Origin: Octopus sinensis
Lineage: Eukaryota
Assembly: GCF_006345805.1 (NCBI RefSeq)
Contig: NC_043006.1
Span: 80,104,001-80,168,000 of the forward strand
Direction of reading: 5' to 3'
DNA length: 64,000 nucleotides
Part shown: piece after piece, positions 13,849 to 25,933 of the stretch
Layout of the letters: each line of letters opens with the position of its first letter
Numbering within the stretch: position 1 is the first letter of the stretch
Notes under the pieces: generated by a model
The model's database searches: none
Told to the model about the DNA's origin: nothing
The model's input: only the letters and a program-made list of their open reading frames with translations
Program-made: the position numbers and the translations under genes

Positions 13849-14165
13849 GTGGAGGCGCAATGGCCCAGTGGTTAGGGCAGCGGACTCGCGATCGGAGGAT
13901 CGCGGTTTCGATTCCCAGACCGGGCGTTGTATGTGTTTATTGAGTGAAAACACCTAAAGCTCCACGACGCTCCGGCAGGGAGTGGTGGTGACCCCTGTTG
14001 TACTCTTTCGCCCCAACTTTCTCTCAGTCTTTCTTCCTGTTTCTTGAGTAACGCTGTGATGGACTGGCGTCCCGTCCAACTGGGGGGAACACATACGCCA
14101 TAGAAACCGGGAAACCGGGCCCATGAGCCTGGCTAGGCTTGAAAAGGGCGCATAAATAAATAAAA
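13849..14165 (+). mobile_element. Full-length tRNA(Arg-like)-derived SINE, family C, with 12-bp TSD
   Basis: Head TGGCCCAGTGGTTAGGGCAGCGGACTCGCGATC...GGTTTCGATTCCC and (ATAA)n tail, flanked by ATGAGAAACACT at 13837-13848 and 14166-14177. Confidence 0.9.
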
Positions 14166-14714
14166 ATGAGAAACACTAAGGGTAACACAATAAGTAATGT
14201 GTGTCCTGTAGGTTTTGACACATTCTGAGTTTGCTATGTCAGAGTAGGAGATACCTCATTTAGGATTAATATAAGGAACAGCGGGAAGAAGCAAAGTATC
14301 TCAGTTAATAATTGTGGTATGGTGATGATGGACTCATTACTAATTGTTCAGTGTAATTTTTCGAGCAGAGGGATAATGCCTCGGATATTGCAGAGCTTCA
14401 CAGACCCGGGAAAGTAAACAGGACATAGTTCACATTTGAAGTCAACAACGCTAAAGTGGTAGGAATATGAGAAAAGTGGAAATGTTTTACGTTTCTGAAT
14501 AGCAGAAAATAAATTTTTTTTTCAAAGTAAATGTATAATATACTATAATATATTTAAATAAATACAGAAAACTATAGATTAAAAAAAATTTAACTGCAAG
14601 ACAACCTTAATTGGTAAATTACTTTACTAAGAACTGAATTGTGTGTATATGTAATGCAAGTGTATGAGTGATAGTTCGTGCGTTTATATGTGTGTGTACG
14701 TGTACGTGAGCAGT

Positions 14715-15035
14715 GTTTACAATAATATTTTGTGTAATGGCATATTTCTTCTTTTGCAGATACAAGTACTATCTACGAATATATGCAACCGAAATACTAT
14801 GATTCAATATTTAATATCGATGGCATCTAACTAACTAAATCTAATGAAAAAATATTTTCATTATTCCATTTAGGAACAAAAATCGTGTTAAATAATTGCG
14901 ATATTGTGTTACTGTCATTACAATAAGGCTGGAATACATGAGTTGCTAAATTTACGCTTGCATGGTGCCAAGATGTAGAAACAAATGTAGAAACAGAAAG
15001 ACAATTGCTTTCCGTGATTAAAGTAATAGTTATAT
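14715..15035 (+). promoter_or_regulatory. Conserved 3' splice acceptor (AG 14758-14759) and leader/5'-UTR segment of GPCR gene 1
   Basis: TTTCTTCTTTTGCAG|ATAC matches CTTCTTATTTTACAG|ATAG (gene 2, 33615) and TTTCTTCTTTTACAG|ACAC (gene 3, 50790); the downstream ~250 nt also align. Confidence 0.65.
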
Positions 15036-15130
15036 TTTTAGGAAACATTGCTAAATTTCGAAAGTACACATACACACACACACATAGATACATACATACA
15101 TATATACATACTTACATACATACATAATAT

Positions 15131-15235
<105 letters not shown>

Positions 15236-15517
15236 CAACAATTGAGGGTAAAATTAATTAATTATTAATCAATTTCACCAAGTATTCAGTATGTAAAGGG
15301 ACCATTTTAGGCGAATTCAAAATATCACATTATATATAAGGGCTTAGTAAAATAAATTACTTTGCCACATACTGAACTCATTAGAAATAGCAGCTAAAGA
15401 AATTTCTTTAGCTATTTCTAATACTTAAAGAAGATCTCTCTCAGATAGTGTTTGCTCAAACCAACTCACAAAGGTATGGGGGAAAAAAACATTAAAAAAT
15501 CAAGTGCAAAGGTTATT

Positions 15518-15569
15518 TGAGAACGTACGTTTCTAGATTAGTCAAATCGACATTTCTTTCGTCAGCTCA
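15518..15569 (-). ncRNA. Type-I hammerhead ribozyme motif within a PLE terminal-repeat fragment
   Basis: Minus strand reads UGAG CUGACGA [AAGAAAU GUC GAUUU GAC UAAUCUA] GAAA CGUACG UU CUCA: stem I UGAG/CUCA, intact core, palindromic stem III, GUU triplet. Confidence 0.65.
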
Positions 15570-16145
15570 GAACTCCTTGGTTCGGATTTGGGAACACTGA
15601 AAGTGGGAGCATATCCTTTTGGCTTCTTATCACCTCTAGAATTCTGCTCGAACTAAAAGTGTTTTCAAATTCAAAATTCAAAATTATATATATATATATA
15701 TATCACCAGATAGCCTGTGGGCGAACTTTCAACGTTTCATATTAATGTGTTCCAACTACCAACCAAAATAAATTTGAAACTAATTCATCATTCCATGTAG
15801 GAACAAAGGTACTTTTAAATATTAGCGAATTTATACAACTAAAACCACAAGATGGATTGAATACATCTGACGTTAATTGTACTAATGAACAGTGCCAATA
15901 TATACATGCAGCATGCCTACAGCAAGATAAATACCTTTTTATGACTAAAGTAATAATTCCTTGCATTTCTCAATAGAAATACTTTTGAAATACACATATA
16001 TTTAGAATTACAAATAATTGTAATTCTAAATATATTTCTAAATATTTCTAAGTGTTGCTAAAGTTTCATGTTGAAGACTTTAAATGTCGATATATAACCA
16101 AGACTTTTAGGATCAGTTATTACATTGTTTACTATAACTTTTAAA

Positions 16146-18242
16146 ATGGTAACATCATTTCAGTTGCTTGTAATTTCTCTTATAATGTTCTCAAAAGATG
16201 CATCATTTGCACACTTCTTCAACAATTGCAGCCCAGCTTTGTGTTCTGATCCTGCCATATATGGCATACCTGAGCGTTGTTCGTGTCGCCCGGACTGCTA
16301 CCTCTATAATGAATGTTGTTCTGACATGGATCAGAACACCACTTCTGATCACAAACAACCCTATCCTTCAATATATTATAGTTGTAGAAAGGTTGATGAC
16401 TCTTATTATTATCAGTTTGATCGTTGTCCACCTAACCATGATGTTACAGAGTATGTGAACAACTGTGAAAATCCCGACTCAGATGACCAACTGCAATCCA
16501 TTCCTGCTTTTGGTAAAACAAGTAAAAAACTATATAAGAACCTATATTGCGTTCTCTGTCATGGAGAGGAATTCATTCTTTGGAATCTTTTATATAAATG
16601 CAGTTCCTTCCTTTCTCCAAGCATTGAAAATATATCAAATTACGTCAAGGATGGAACATGTGTACCAACTGTGACGCTTCCTTCAGAAGATCTGGATAAA
16701 TATTTGTATTCCTGTATTCCATATATTTCGAATTGTCCTCAGGATAACAATAACACAGAACAAAGAATGGCGTGTGAAACTGAGCCCATGGCATTAATAT
16801 ATTTAAATCAAGAACATTTAAATCAATACAAAAACAAACCTTGTGCTACATGTAACGGGATTTTTGAAGTTCCGTGTGAAGTAGAATACAAAATATATCC
16901 TTCAGTAGGTTCATTTATACCACTTACAATCCTCTTCAATTATCATACAAAATCCATAACGATAACGGGTGAACACATCGGAACGGAACATACGCTTCTG
17001 CAGTTACCATCGTGTCCAAAACACGCAGTCTACGATATGAATACTAAGGAATGTCGACAAGTTATGTACCATCCTCCACTAAAGTGTACAACAACAAGAT
17101 TAAATGAATCTGAGTATTACATTACTAGTGATGGTCATCTCTACTTAAATAATACCCAACGTTTGCTGAACCAATCAGAATTCACTCGTGATTCTCAAGG
17201 TACAAGTATCTGTGTAAACAATGGTACCAATAATATATCAAATATCAATGGTGTATCAAAATATTCCGTAGCTGGGAGCTATATCACATTAGTGGGACTC
17301 GTAATCTCTATTCCAGCTCTGGCAATCACTATTATAGTCTATCTCTGTATACCTGATCTTCGTACCTTACCAGGTAAATTACTCATTAGTCTTTTATCAG
17401 CACTGTTTGTAGGTGAGCTTCTCTTTCTTATCTCATCACAAGTCACTAAATTTACAGTGCTGTGTAAATCTTTGGCTATTATCATGCATTATTCCTTTTT
17501 AACAACTTTCTTCTGGATGAATGTCATGTCATTTGATGCCTGGCACACTTTCTCGGGATTCACACAGCTTCGGAGTAAAGGCAAAGGCACCAAGAGACTT
17601 GTATTGTATTCCTTGTATGCTTGGATCTGTCCACTTGTAATAGTAACAGTATCACTGATATTTGAGTACACACCTGGAAATCATGGACTTTCTCCAGAAT
17701 ATGGAAGTAGTATTTGCTGGATTACAAATGGAAAAAGTCTACTATGGTTTTTTGCAATCCCCGTAATGTTTATTATATGTCTTAATATAATAGCATTTAT
17801 CCTTACCGCTAGAGGGCTCTATTTGAGCAGTAAACTTTCTTCGAAATATTTGTCAAAACGTAATAATGATGAGTTCATCGTTTGCATAAAACTATTCTTT
17901 ATCATGGGACTTACATGGGCATCCGCATTTCTGTATACGTTTACAAGAATTGAAGAATTTTCTCTGTTATTTTGCATTTTAAATTCATTCGTTGGAATAT
18001 TTATTTGCGTATCGTTTCTATCAACAAAGACTATTCGTCGCAGTATTCTGCGGAATTTGCAAACAATTATAAAATTGCCCGCAAAAGAGTCTGTTGATGT
18101 GACTTCTGCTCGTGTAACACAATCAACGGATGTACCTACAATCAACTCTGCCGTTAAGCGAAACTTGTATGAATTTAACCAGTGTGGAATGTCGTCACTT
18201 GAAAGGCCAGAAACTGTTGCGAATCCTTCCACAAAGCCTTGA
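16146..18242 (+). CDS. Class-B (Methuselah-like/secretin-type) GPCR, paralog 1, 698 aa, uninterrupted CDS
   Basis: Long ORF. ATG at 16146 is preferred over the TTG at 16125 because it aligns with the paralog starts (TTTTAAAATGG). Signal peptide, SMB-like CSCxxxCxxxxxCCxD, two YKNxxCxxCxG repeats, then 7 TMs with class-B motifs (LRTLPGK, HYSFLTTFFWMNVMSFD, YSLYAW.CP, P.YG...CWI, KLF.IMGLTW). Confidence 0.93.
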   Translation: MVTSFQLLVISLIMFSKDASFAHFFNNCSPALCSDPAIYGIPERCSCRPDCYLYNECCSDMDQNTTSDHKQPYPSIYYSCRKVDDSYYYQFDRCPPNHDVTEYVNNCENPDSDDQLQSIPAFGKTSKKLYKNLYCVLCHGEEFILWNLLYKCSSFLSPSIENISNYVKDGTCVPTVTLPSEDLDKYLYSCIPYISNCPQDNNNTEQRMACETEPMALIYLNQEHLNQYKNKPCATCNGIFEVPCEVEYKIYPSVGSFIPLTILFNYHTKSITITGEHIGTEHTLLQLPSCPKHAVYDMNTKECRQVMYHPPLKCTTTRLNESEYYITSDGHLYLNNTQRLLNQSEFTRDSQGTSICVNNGTNNISNINGVSKYSVAGSYITLVGLVISIPALAITIIVYLCIPDLRTLPGKLLISLLSALFVGELLFLISSQVTKFTVLCKSLAIIMHYSFLTTFFWMNVMSFDAWHTFSGFTQLRSKGKGTKRLVLYSLYAWICPLVIVTVSLIFEYTPGNHGLSPEYGSSICWITNGKSLLWFFAIPVMFIICLNIIAFILTARGLYLSSKLSSKYLSKRNNDEFIVCIKLFFIMGLTWASAFLYTFTRIEEFSLLFCILNSFVGIFICVSFLSTKTIRRSILRNLQTIIKLPAKESVDVTSARVTQSTDVPTINSAVKRNLYEFNQCGMSSLERPETVANPSTKP

Positions 18243-18899
18243 AAGATGGAAGTAATGAACAGCAACTTATATACTAAATCTGAATATATGGCAGGATGGC
18301 CTTTGACCGTAAATGAGCTGATGTCAAATAAGTGGAACAATTAACAACAGTTTTGACTGAAAATCTTTAGATACCAATTCGAAAGAAAAAAAATCACATT
18401 TTCTGGGATCTATTCAAGTTCATGTAAGATATACATCATATAAGTGTAAAAAGCGTGTGTCTATTTCTTTCAGGAACTTGCCAGTTTATCTATGACCAGT
18501 TCTCCTGTTCTTCAATATATCAAAATGTTCATGTCCACGTCAACTGTTGAATGGATTCAATTGTTGCTACAAAGCCGATATCGTTTGTCATTTTCATGTA
18601 CCATTTCTGATGATACATTTTTTGTGTTGACCTAAAAAGAATGATGGAAATTTGGGCTATTGTTATGGCATTTGTGTTTATTCTATTTATGTTTCTCTTT
18701 CTGACTGATAGGGTCATGAATAACTTTCTATTCTAGCTACTTGTATGGAGTTAAGTTATCTGATTATATTCATTCATACGTATGTATTTACATATATACA
18801 CATATATTTGTATTATATATATATATATACACGCGCATGTGCACCTTCATTTTGGGATCATCACTACTTTATTATCTCTCCTTCTTCCTAGCTCTCCTG

Positions 18900-19105
18900 T
18901 CTGACCACCTCTTTCCGGCATTCGCCATGATTGATCGCTAGCCATTAAACGTTTTTTTAATATTTTTCTCTCTGTTTATTTCTGTGTCCCTTTCTGCTGA
19001 AGAAACGTAAAAGACTTTCTCACTTCCCGAGCGTTAAACTAATACATCTTTTTGTTGTTTACACACCTGTCTTCATCTTTTGTTTTTTTTGTAAATTCCA
19101 ACTAT
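18900..19105 (+). mobile_element. Short non-autonomous repeat with a decayed HHR-like core, ending at (TA)n
   Basis: Homologous to 53150-53295 (+) and 55708-55895 (-): GTCCCTTTCTG.GAAG...GAAACGTAAAAG...GAGCGTTA.ACTAATACATC. Confidence 0.7.
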
Positions 19106-19120
19106 ATATATATATATATA

Positions 19121-19829
19121 TTACGGAGATGTAGCAAGTGTTAAGAAGCCATTTAAAAACACACAGAAACTCTTAGATTCACTTCAACATTTAAATATAA
19201 TTTGCCAAATATTTTCGTTGCTTTAAGATCGCAATCTGTTCATTGACAAAAGTCCGTGCTGCACGGAAGGCGGCGAGCTGGCAGTATCGTTAGCACGCCG
19301 GACGAAATACTTAGCAGCATTTCGTCTGCCGTTACGTTCTGAGTTCACATTCCGCCGAGGTTGACTTTGCCTTTCATCCTTTCGGGGTCGATAAATTAAG
19401 TACCAGTTACGCACTGGGGTCGATGTAATCGACTTAATCCGTTTGTCTGTCCTTTTTTGTCCCCTCTGCGTTTATCCCCTTGTGGGTAGTAAAGAAATAG
19501 AGATTTCTTCTGCCGTTACGTTCTGAGTTCTAATTTCGCCGAGGTCGACTTTGCCTTTCATCCTTTCGGGGTCGATAAATTAAGTACCAGTTGCATCCTG
19601 GGGTCGGTCCAATCGCCTGGCCCCTTTTCCCCCAAATTTTGGGCCTTGTGCCTCGAGTAAAAAAAAAGAAGAAATTTCGTGCCGCACGGAATTTTGTCAG
19701 TGAGCAGGTCGCGGTCTCAAAGCGAAGAAAATATTTGGCAAATTAAATTTAATTGCTGAAGTGAATCTAACGATTTTTGTGTGCTTTTCAATGGCTTATA
19801 AACACCTTCCACGCTGCAATTGATTTTGT

Positions 19830-19830
<1 letters not shown>
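19121..19830. repeat. Fold-back element (family of 955-1218) split at its centre by a SINE
   Basis: 19145-19250 is the reverse complement of 19693-19800; the central TCCGTGCTGCACGGA is duplicated (imperfectly) on both sides of the SINE. Confidence 0.8.
19268..19675 (+). mobile_element. tRNA-derived SINE, family B, with internal partial duplication
   Basis: GGCGGCGAGCTGGCAG head; GACTTTGCCTTTCATCCTTTCGGGGTCGATAAATTAAGTACCAG occurs twice; A-rich tail. Confidence 0.88.
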
Positions 19831-19860
<30 letters not shown>

Positions 19861-20239
19861 CACACACATGAATATGCACTTATATTTATATATACATACA
19901 CTTATGCACATTAGTGTCTGCGCACACATGCTCACTCACAACCACGTCTACCCAAACATTCAAACACACTCACATACACACATGCAATGTGCGCACACAT
20001 TCGTGCGCACAAATATACGTCTAAACTTAAAGGGAATATCGGAACATCCGAAAATGTGATATCAATTCAAACAAGCCAATAGTGAAAATACATGTTATGC
20101 TTTACAGCGCACGTAAATATTTTATTTCTCTATACATGTATTTATACACATACATACACATATATAGTATGTGTGTATATTTATATATACTTATATATAC
20201 ATATGTATGTATGTGTGCATATATGTGCATATACATACA

Positions 20240-20274
<35 letters not shown>

Positions 20275-20277
<3 letters not shown>

Positions 20278-20563
20278 AAATTTGCAAACATTACCATCAG
20301 GATACAGGACCGTTACTACAACAGCTTGGGGTTCAAGGGCTTATAACTCTTCAATATCTCCGTCACAAAGCCGGAGAGATCTGCATGGCGTGGATGTAGG
20401 CGTTTTCAAAAGAAAACTGGATCTTCTGTCAAGAGTCCCGGATGTACCTACTTCAAGGCAAAAATCACAGTTGAGATTAGCAAAATTAAACGTCTTCATT
20501 CACCAAATACCACACATCACAGGAGGTTTAGTGAAAGAGTAGCAAAGCAAACGGCGGTGTCCA

Positions 20564-20566
<3 letters not shown>
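20275..20566 (+). mobile_element. CR1/Jockey-group LINE 3' fragment
   Basis: Translates NSLGFKGL*LFNI...RDLHGVDVGVFKRKLDLLSRVPDVP, a typical LINE ORF2 C-terminus. Confidence 0.65.
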
Positions 20567-20612
<46 letters not shown>

Positions 20613-20681
20613 TTAGAATAGAGAAAACTAATAGGCAAATCAAACAATGAAAAACATAAGCCAATGCATAAAATTAATTAA

Positions 20682-20766
<85 letters not shown>

Positions 20767-22269
20767 GAAGCTTTCCCTATTACCAATGTAAGTTTTGGAG
20801 TGTTAAGCTATATGAATTATCTCTATGAATTACAATAGATTTTGCTAAAATGTCTAAAGCTTTAGTATAACCTTGACTAATATAAGTTGTCTCCTAATCT
20901 ATGTTATTTTTCTGAAAATTTATAAGAAAGCAACAAATTTACGTTTCCCTTTAAAAATACTTTAATTCTATGTTTTACACATGCTCTCAAAAATTGTATT
21001 AACGGAATGATATAAATTTCGTATTTCTCTAGACTGTTTATTGATTAGATAAATATTGCATACTTTTATTCGAGAAACTGATTTATTAATGTTTTCAGCC
21101 GAGGTATCTTCTAATTACTATCCTGAATTAATTGTAATATGTTGTCAGATTTAGAACCTTATTAGACGTATTTATTCTTTGCTGAAGGAAAATTATTGAA
21201 GCTAAGTTTTGAATTTGCTTTATCTTGGATTATTTTTATCTTATTGAATTAAATAAGTTGTAATACAAATTTACATTTGCAACACATATAATAAAATATA
21301 ATAAAAAATCAAGTAATTTCAGATATTTGTTTTATTTTCAGCAGTTTTTCATTTCTTATTCACCTTTTCTGAAATACCAAATGTAATGCTCGGTTATATT
21401 AACCTTTAGGCGAGAGTAAAAAGTTACATGAATGTGTGCGCCAAACAGGCAAACATCAAAAATATAATTTTTTTAAGAGTAATTCTTATATTTTATTTTC
21501 TATATATTTCAAGTGAGGTAAACTGCTGCCATGCCTGACAACGGGTACCCACCCTTGAGGAGATCAAATACAGATAAAAACTACGTGATCAGGATTGCAG
21601 GAGTTATCTCCCGCTTGCAGTAAATATTGGGTGCAAGAAACGCATTGAATAAACCAGCTAGAGGAAATGTCTTCATGGGGTTAAAAGGCAGCATCATAGC
21701 CCCTTAGAGGACAATCAAATTAAAGTGGCTATAAGCAATAATTTTTATAGTTATTTTCATTTTAAATAGGTACAAAAATAATTGTTAGTCTCTCACACAA
21801 AGAAATTTTCAATTCTTTATCGAAAAGTGTCGTAAAATGGTCACTTTCTGTTGGTTAGGCCCGTATCTATATACAATTTTTGAATCATCGATCGATGATG
21901 TCCGCTTTTCTCCAATGAAATATCAATTAATGATGTCCGCTGTTTAAGGGTTAATGTTCCGCGAATTTTGATCCTACACCTCGTTTTTTTTTTGAATAAA
22001 CAAGACATCTTGGTTTAGAAGAAACCGTTTACAAATTTTTTAATGTATTTTCCAGCATTTTCTCGAAAATAGAACACATGAGAATGTACAAGGTATTATT
22101 TAGGCCTAAATTTCAACTTTGTGGAAAAAACTGTCCGCTGGTGCCATCTCCAGAGAGCAATATTGCTGAAGAACGAGATACCTCTTGTGGTTTGCGAAAA
22201 ATCAGGTAAAAGATGCGACATGCAAACAAGTGCGCTGTCGCGGTGGGACATCCAGGTTCTGATTGTCCA

Positions 22270-23098
22270 TGCCTTATACTTCGGCCGTGATTGATGAACC
22301 AGATTTAATGAATCATAACGGGTTACACCTGCGCCAAACCACCAAACACATACATCAGCTTCTTTTGATGAATTTTGCTTTTTAGACTGTTTTGGTGGCT
22401 CGTCTTTGTCCAACCATCGTGCTGAACGTTTACGGTTGTTGTATTGGATCAATTTCTCATCACATGTTACAATTCGATTAAAAATGATTCATTTTTGTGA
22501 CAAGAAAGTAGCATAATGCGAGATTCCAAACATTGCTATTTCTGATTTTCATTGAGTTCATGTGGAACTCATCCAGCTTTTTCACTTTACCGATTTGAAC
22601 TAGGTGAGTCAATATTGTTTTTTTGCTAACACCAAACAACAACGATAATTCACGGGCACTTTGAAATGGATCTGACTCGACGATGGCTTTCAGTTCGTCA
22701 TTATCAACCTTTGTTTTAGCTTGACCGCATTGCTCATTTGTGAGGTCACAGTTACTAGAACGAAATTTTTTATAAGCCAATTTGATACTGTCTGCTGTGT
22801 AATAACAATAGAATGAAACGCTCCATTAATATTCCGAGCTGTTTGTGATGCTGTATTTCCAAGAAAGAACTCATATTTCAAAACTGTACGAATTTCCGGC
22901 TTATCCATCTTTAAACATAAATAGCAACAAAGATTTATAAATACTTATAAAGCGCAAAATGAGTTAGAATAAAGAAATTGATGTGTCAGCTTTCTAATAA
23001 AAAATACAGTTTGTTAAAATATAATAATAGCGCAAAATGAGTAGGTGTCAAAGTTTACCATATACCTTACTACAAATTTAATACTTAATGACCTAATA
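22270..23098 (-). mobile_element. mariner element, 5' half, frameshifted transposase
   Basis: MDKPEIRTVLKYEF.LG..ASQTARNIN..F, KVDNDELKAIVESDP..SARELS...GKVKKLD, YNNRKRSARWLDKDEPPK. Confidence 0.88.
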
Positions 23099-23660
23099 AT
23101 TAACTGATCAAGAATCTTTTGAAAGTTAATGGAAAAACTATAAAATTTAAAATGTCTTTGCAATATTTCATCTGTTCGTTTTCTTTATGGATTAAAGTAT
23201 AAATGACTAACTGAATAATTTTCCAAAAGATTTTACAGTCACCTCTTCTATTCCAATGTAGTACTTGTAAAGACTTTGTTTGAATCTATTAGTATGTTTT
23301 CTCTATGGAAAGCAATGTCACGAGAACCAATTAGTAATACAAGTGTGTTTATTGAAAATAAGTTCTTTCAATTTCTGTCTTCCAGTCGTTTAACAACACT
23401 GTGAAGATGATACAAAATGTATTTTTCTGGTTTGCTTCTGAAAACCATAAAGATTTTGCCATCCACTAGAAGATCTGTGATATTCATTTGACTTTTTCTG
23501 TAATGAGAGTTCAGTCGCCTAATAAAAGTTTAAAGTTAACAGTACCGTAGGGCCAAAGATGAATAGGCGACAGAAACACTGCATTACGTGCGGAAAAGTT
23601 TTTTTCATGTATAATGGATAATTTAGTGAGTGTAAATATTATATATATTAGAGAGAGAGA

Positions 23661-23722
<62 letters not shown>

Positions 23723-23734
23723 CACATCGTAGGG

Positions 23735-24198
23735 TTCAAGAGATTTGAACTTGAGCAGGCTGAGGAATAAGTGTAAGGACGTGCAAGTTAGACAAATCGA
23801 TATGCACAAAATATTAAGTACAATACATTTAATACAAAAAATATACATATGCATGTATATAAAAAGTTCGACGTACACAGAATGTAAATAGTATCAGGAA
23901 TTAAAGGAGTTGAGTTCTACGAGTCTAACACCTGTTTCTGGAGGCTTGGTGGTCCGGAATAATGATAGTAACTTGACTCCATCATCGGATAACACCACCT
24001 CCGTATTCAGGAAAGAATTATATATTCGATCTTGTCAACACCTCAAGCCCCCAGAAAACCTAACCTCAACCTCTTAAATTCCCGATATCATCTATATTTT
24101 GTTTAAGTCAGACTTTTTATATGGCCATTTTTTGTATTAAATTTATTTAATATTTTGTGTATATCGACTTGTCTAACTTGCGTGTTCTTACATTTACT
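23735..24198 (-). mobile_element. PLE terminal-repeat fragment with inverted tip and degenerate HHR
   Basis: 24105-24198 is the reverse complement of 23765-23875. Minus strand 23923-23990 reads CCGAUGA UGGAG...CUCCA GAAA CAGGUG UU. Homolog at 58850-59170. Confidence 0.6.
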
Positions 24199-24201
24199 CG
24201 T

Positions 24202-24232
<31 letters not shown>

Positions 24233-24248
24233 CATACATAAATACGTT

Positions 24249-24303
<55 letters not shown>

Positions 24304-24428
24304 ACACACATACATACATACATACATACATACATACATACACACACACATATATATATATGTATGTATGTATGTATGTGTGTATGTATATATATATATA
24401 TATATACATACATACATGCATACATACA

Positions 24429-24491
<63 letters not shown>

Positions 24492-25866
24492 CTACCTGTG
24501 AAGATGGCGAAGGATTTGTATGCATGTCTTCTCAGGCGCATTAAATGTTAACAACGTATAGTAACTTCTTGAAATGAACATTATGTAATAACATTTCATT
24601 ATAGACATTTTTCTGTTTTAAAATACTGTATCTTGCCAGTTAATGTGAGGTGGCCGAAAAATTTTGTACGGCCATTTTGGGTGGTTGTCTCGCATCTCAT
24701 CCTCTCATTCAGAACCCCTACTACAAAATATAATGATCAGGTATGTAAATGACGTGACGTCATCTGGGCCAATGTTTCATCTGTAAAAAAACGCAATGCG
24801 AAACATGCACTAATAAGTTGGCAATTAATAGAAATTTACAGTATTTTAAAGTGGTCAGAGACTTTTGCACGTTGCTGTATATTGGGTGATTCAGAAGTTA
24901 TATGATATACTGTTTTTCAGTATCATTCACACGTCATATCATCTTCATTTCACTTTGCTTTCTATTTGAATGTAGGGTAACATATTCTCCCGTTGACTAA
25001 AAACAATTAGTCAATGTTCAACGATAACCCCATGAAGTCCCAGATATATTTAGAGTTATGTCTTCTGTATTTCATGTATGTAAAATATTTTCTGCTATCA
25101 TCTCATTGGTATAACAGATGGTTAATTATATTTATATTAGTTTTAGTGAATTGATTTCAAAGGTTAGCTTCTCCGACATTGTGAATAAACTATAGAAAAG
25201 ATAATGAAATTAAAATCCATCAAGAACGAAATTTAGAACGAAAACAAATTTAGGATTGTAACTTTGGCTCGATATAATAAGGGCGAAGTGAAATGTCGAA
25301 TCCCTATGTCTATCTACATGTTGTTTTCTTATCTCCACTCACTGGGCACCTAAGGGTCAACAAAATGGATTTGGTGAATAAACAAGTTCACCATAAAATG
25401 ATCAAACAAATTAATGAGAAAACTGTCTCAAAACTGTTAAAACGCAGGGGATTTAGTTTTATGTAGTCTTATATTGCCAGTTGTTCGAATAAGGATGAAA
25501 CCACCGTGGCTGGGAAGTCTTATACAGGAAGCCTTTAGAACTAAGCAATGCACGCCCCCACCTAAGGCAGCCATAAATAATAGACCTTCTCCAGGTGGCC
25601 ACCATTGCTGCAAAGCCAACGATCACACCAATTTTTCAAAATAAATATCTGAGACCTCCCACAAAGCAACAGCAAGCACAAAATTGCGTTCTGCATGCAA
25701 TCGAGTAATATGCATTGCATTTACGAATACACATCTATCTGTGGACAGAAATGATACAGGGCTACACAAACAAATGGAGGCTGTGTTTCGCAAGTGTCCT
25801 CTACTACAATCTCGGGTCGACTAAAGCCTTGTGAGTGGATTTTGTAGACGAAAACAGAAAGAAGCC

Positions 25867-25933
<67 letters not shown>

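Noticed and set aside
13852-13925. tRNA gene (also the tRNA-like heads at 59761 and 51200-51252)
   Set aside because: These are SINE heads: 13852 and 59761 are followed by a SINE body and tail (with a TSD at 13849), and none forms a full cloverleaf.
16125-16145. TTG start of the 705-aa ORF
   Set aside because: The context is eukaryotic, and ATG 16146 aligns with both paralog starts and gives a normal signal peptide.
16920-16945. LTILFNY as a Stachel/GPS tethered agonist (adhesion GPCR)
   Set aside because: No GPS consensus (CxCxHL/T) or GAIN domain, and the motif lies over 100 aa before TM1.
17819-18340. 173-aa antisense ORF over gene 1 (also 48306-48629)
   Set aside because: Shadow ORFs of hydrophobic TM codons, with no conserved start or length among paralogs.
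21399-21955. piggyBac-like element (TTAACC...GGGTTAA)
   Set aside because: The terminal match extends only ~10 nt and there is no transposase remnant.
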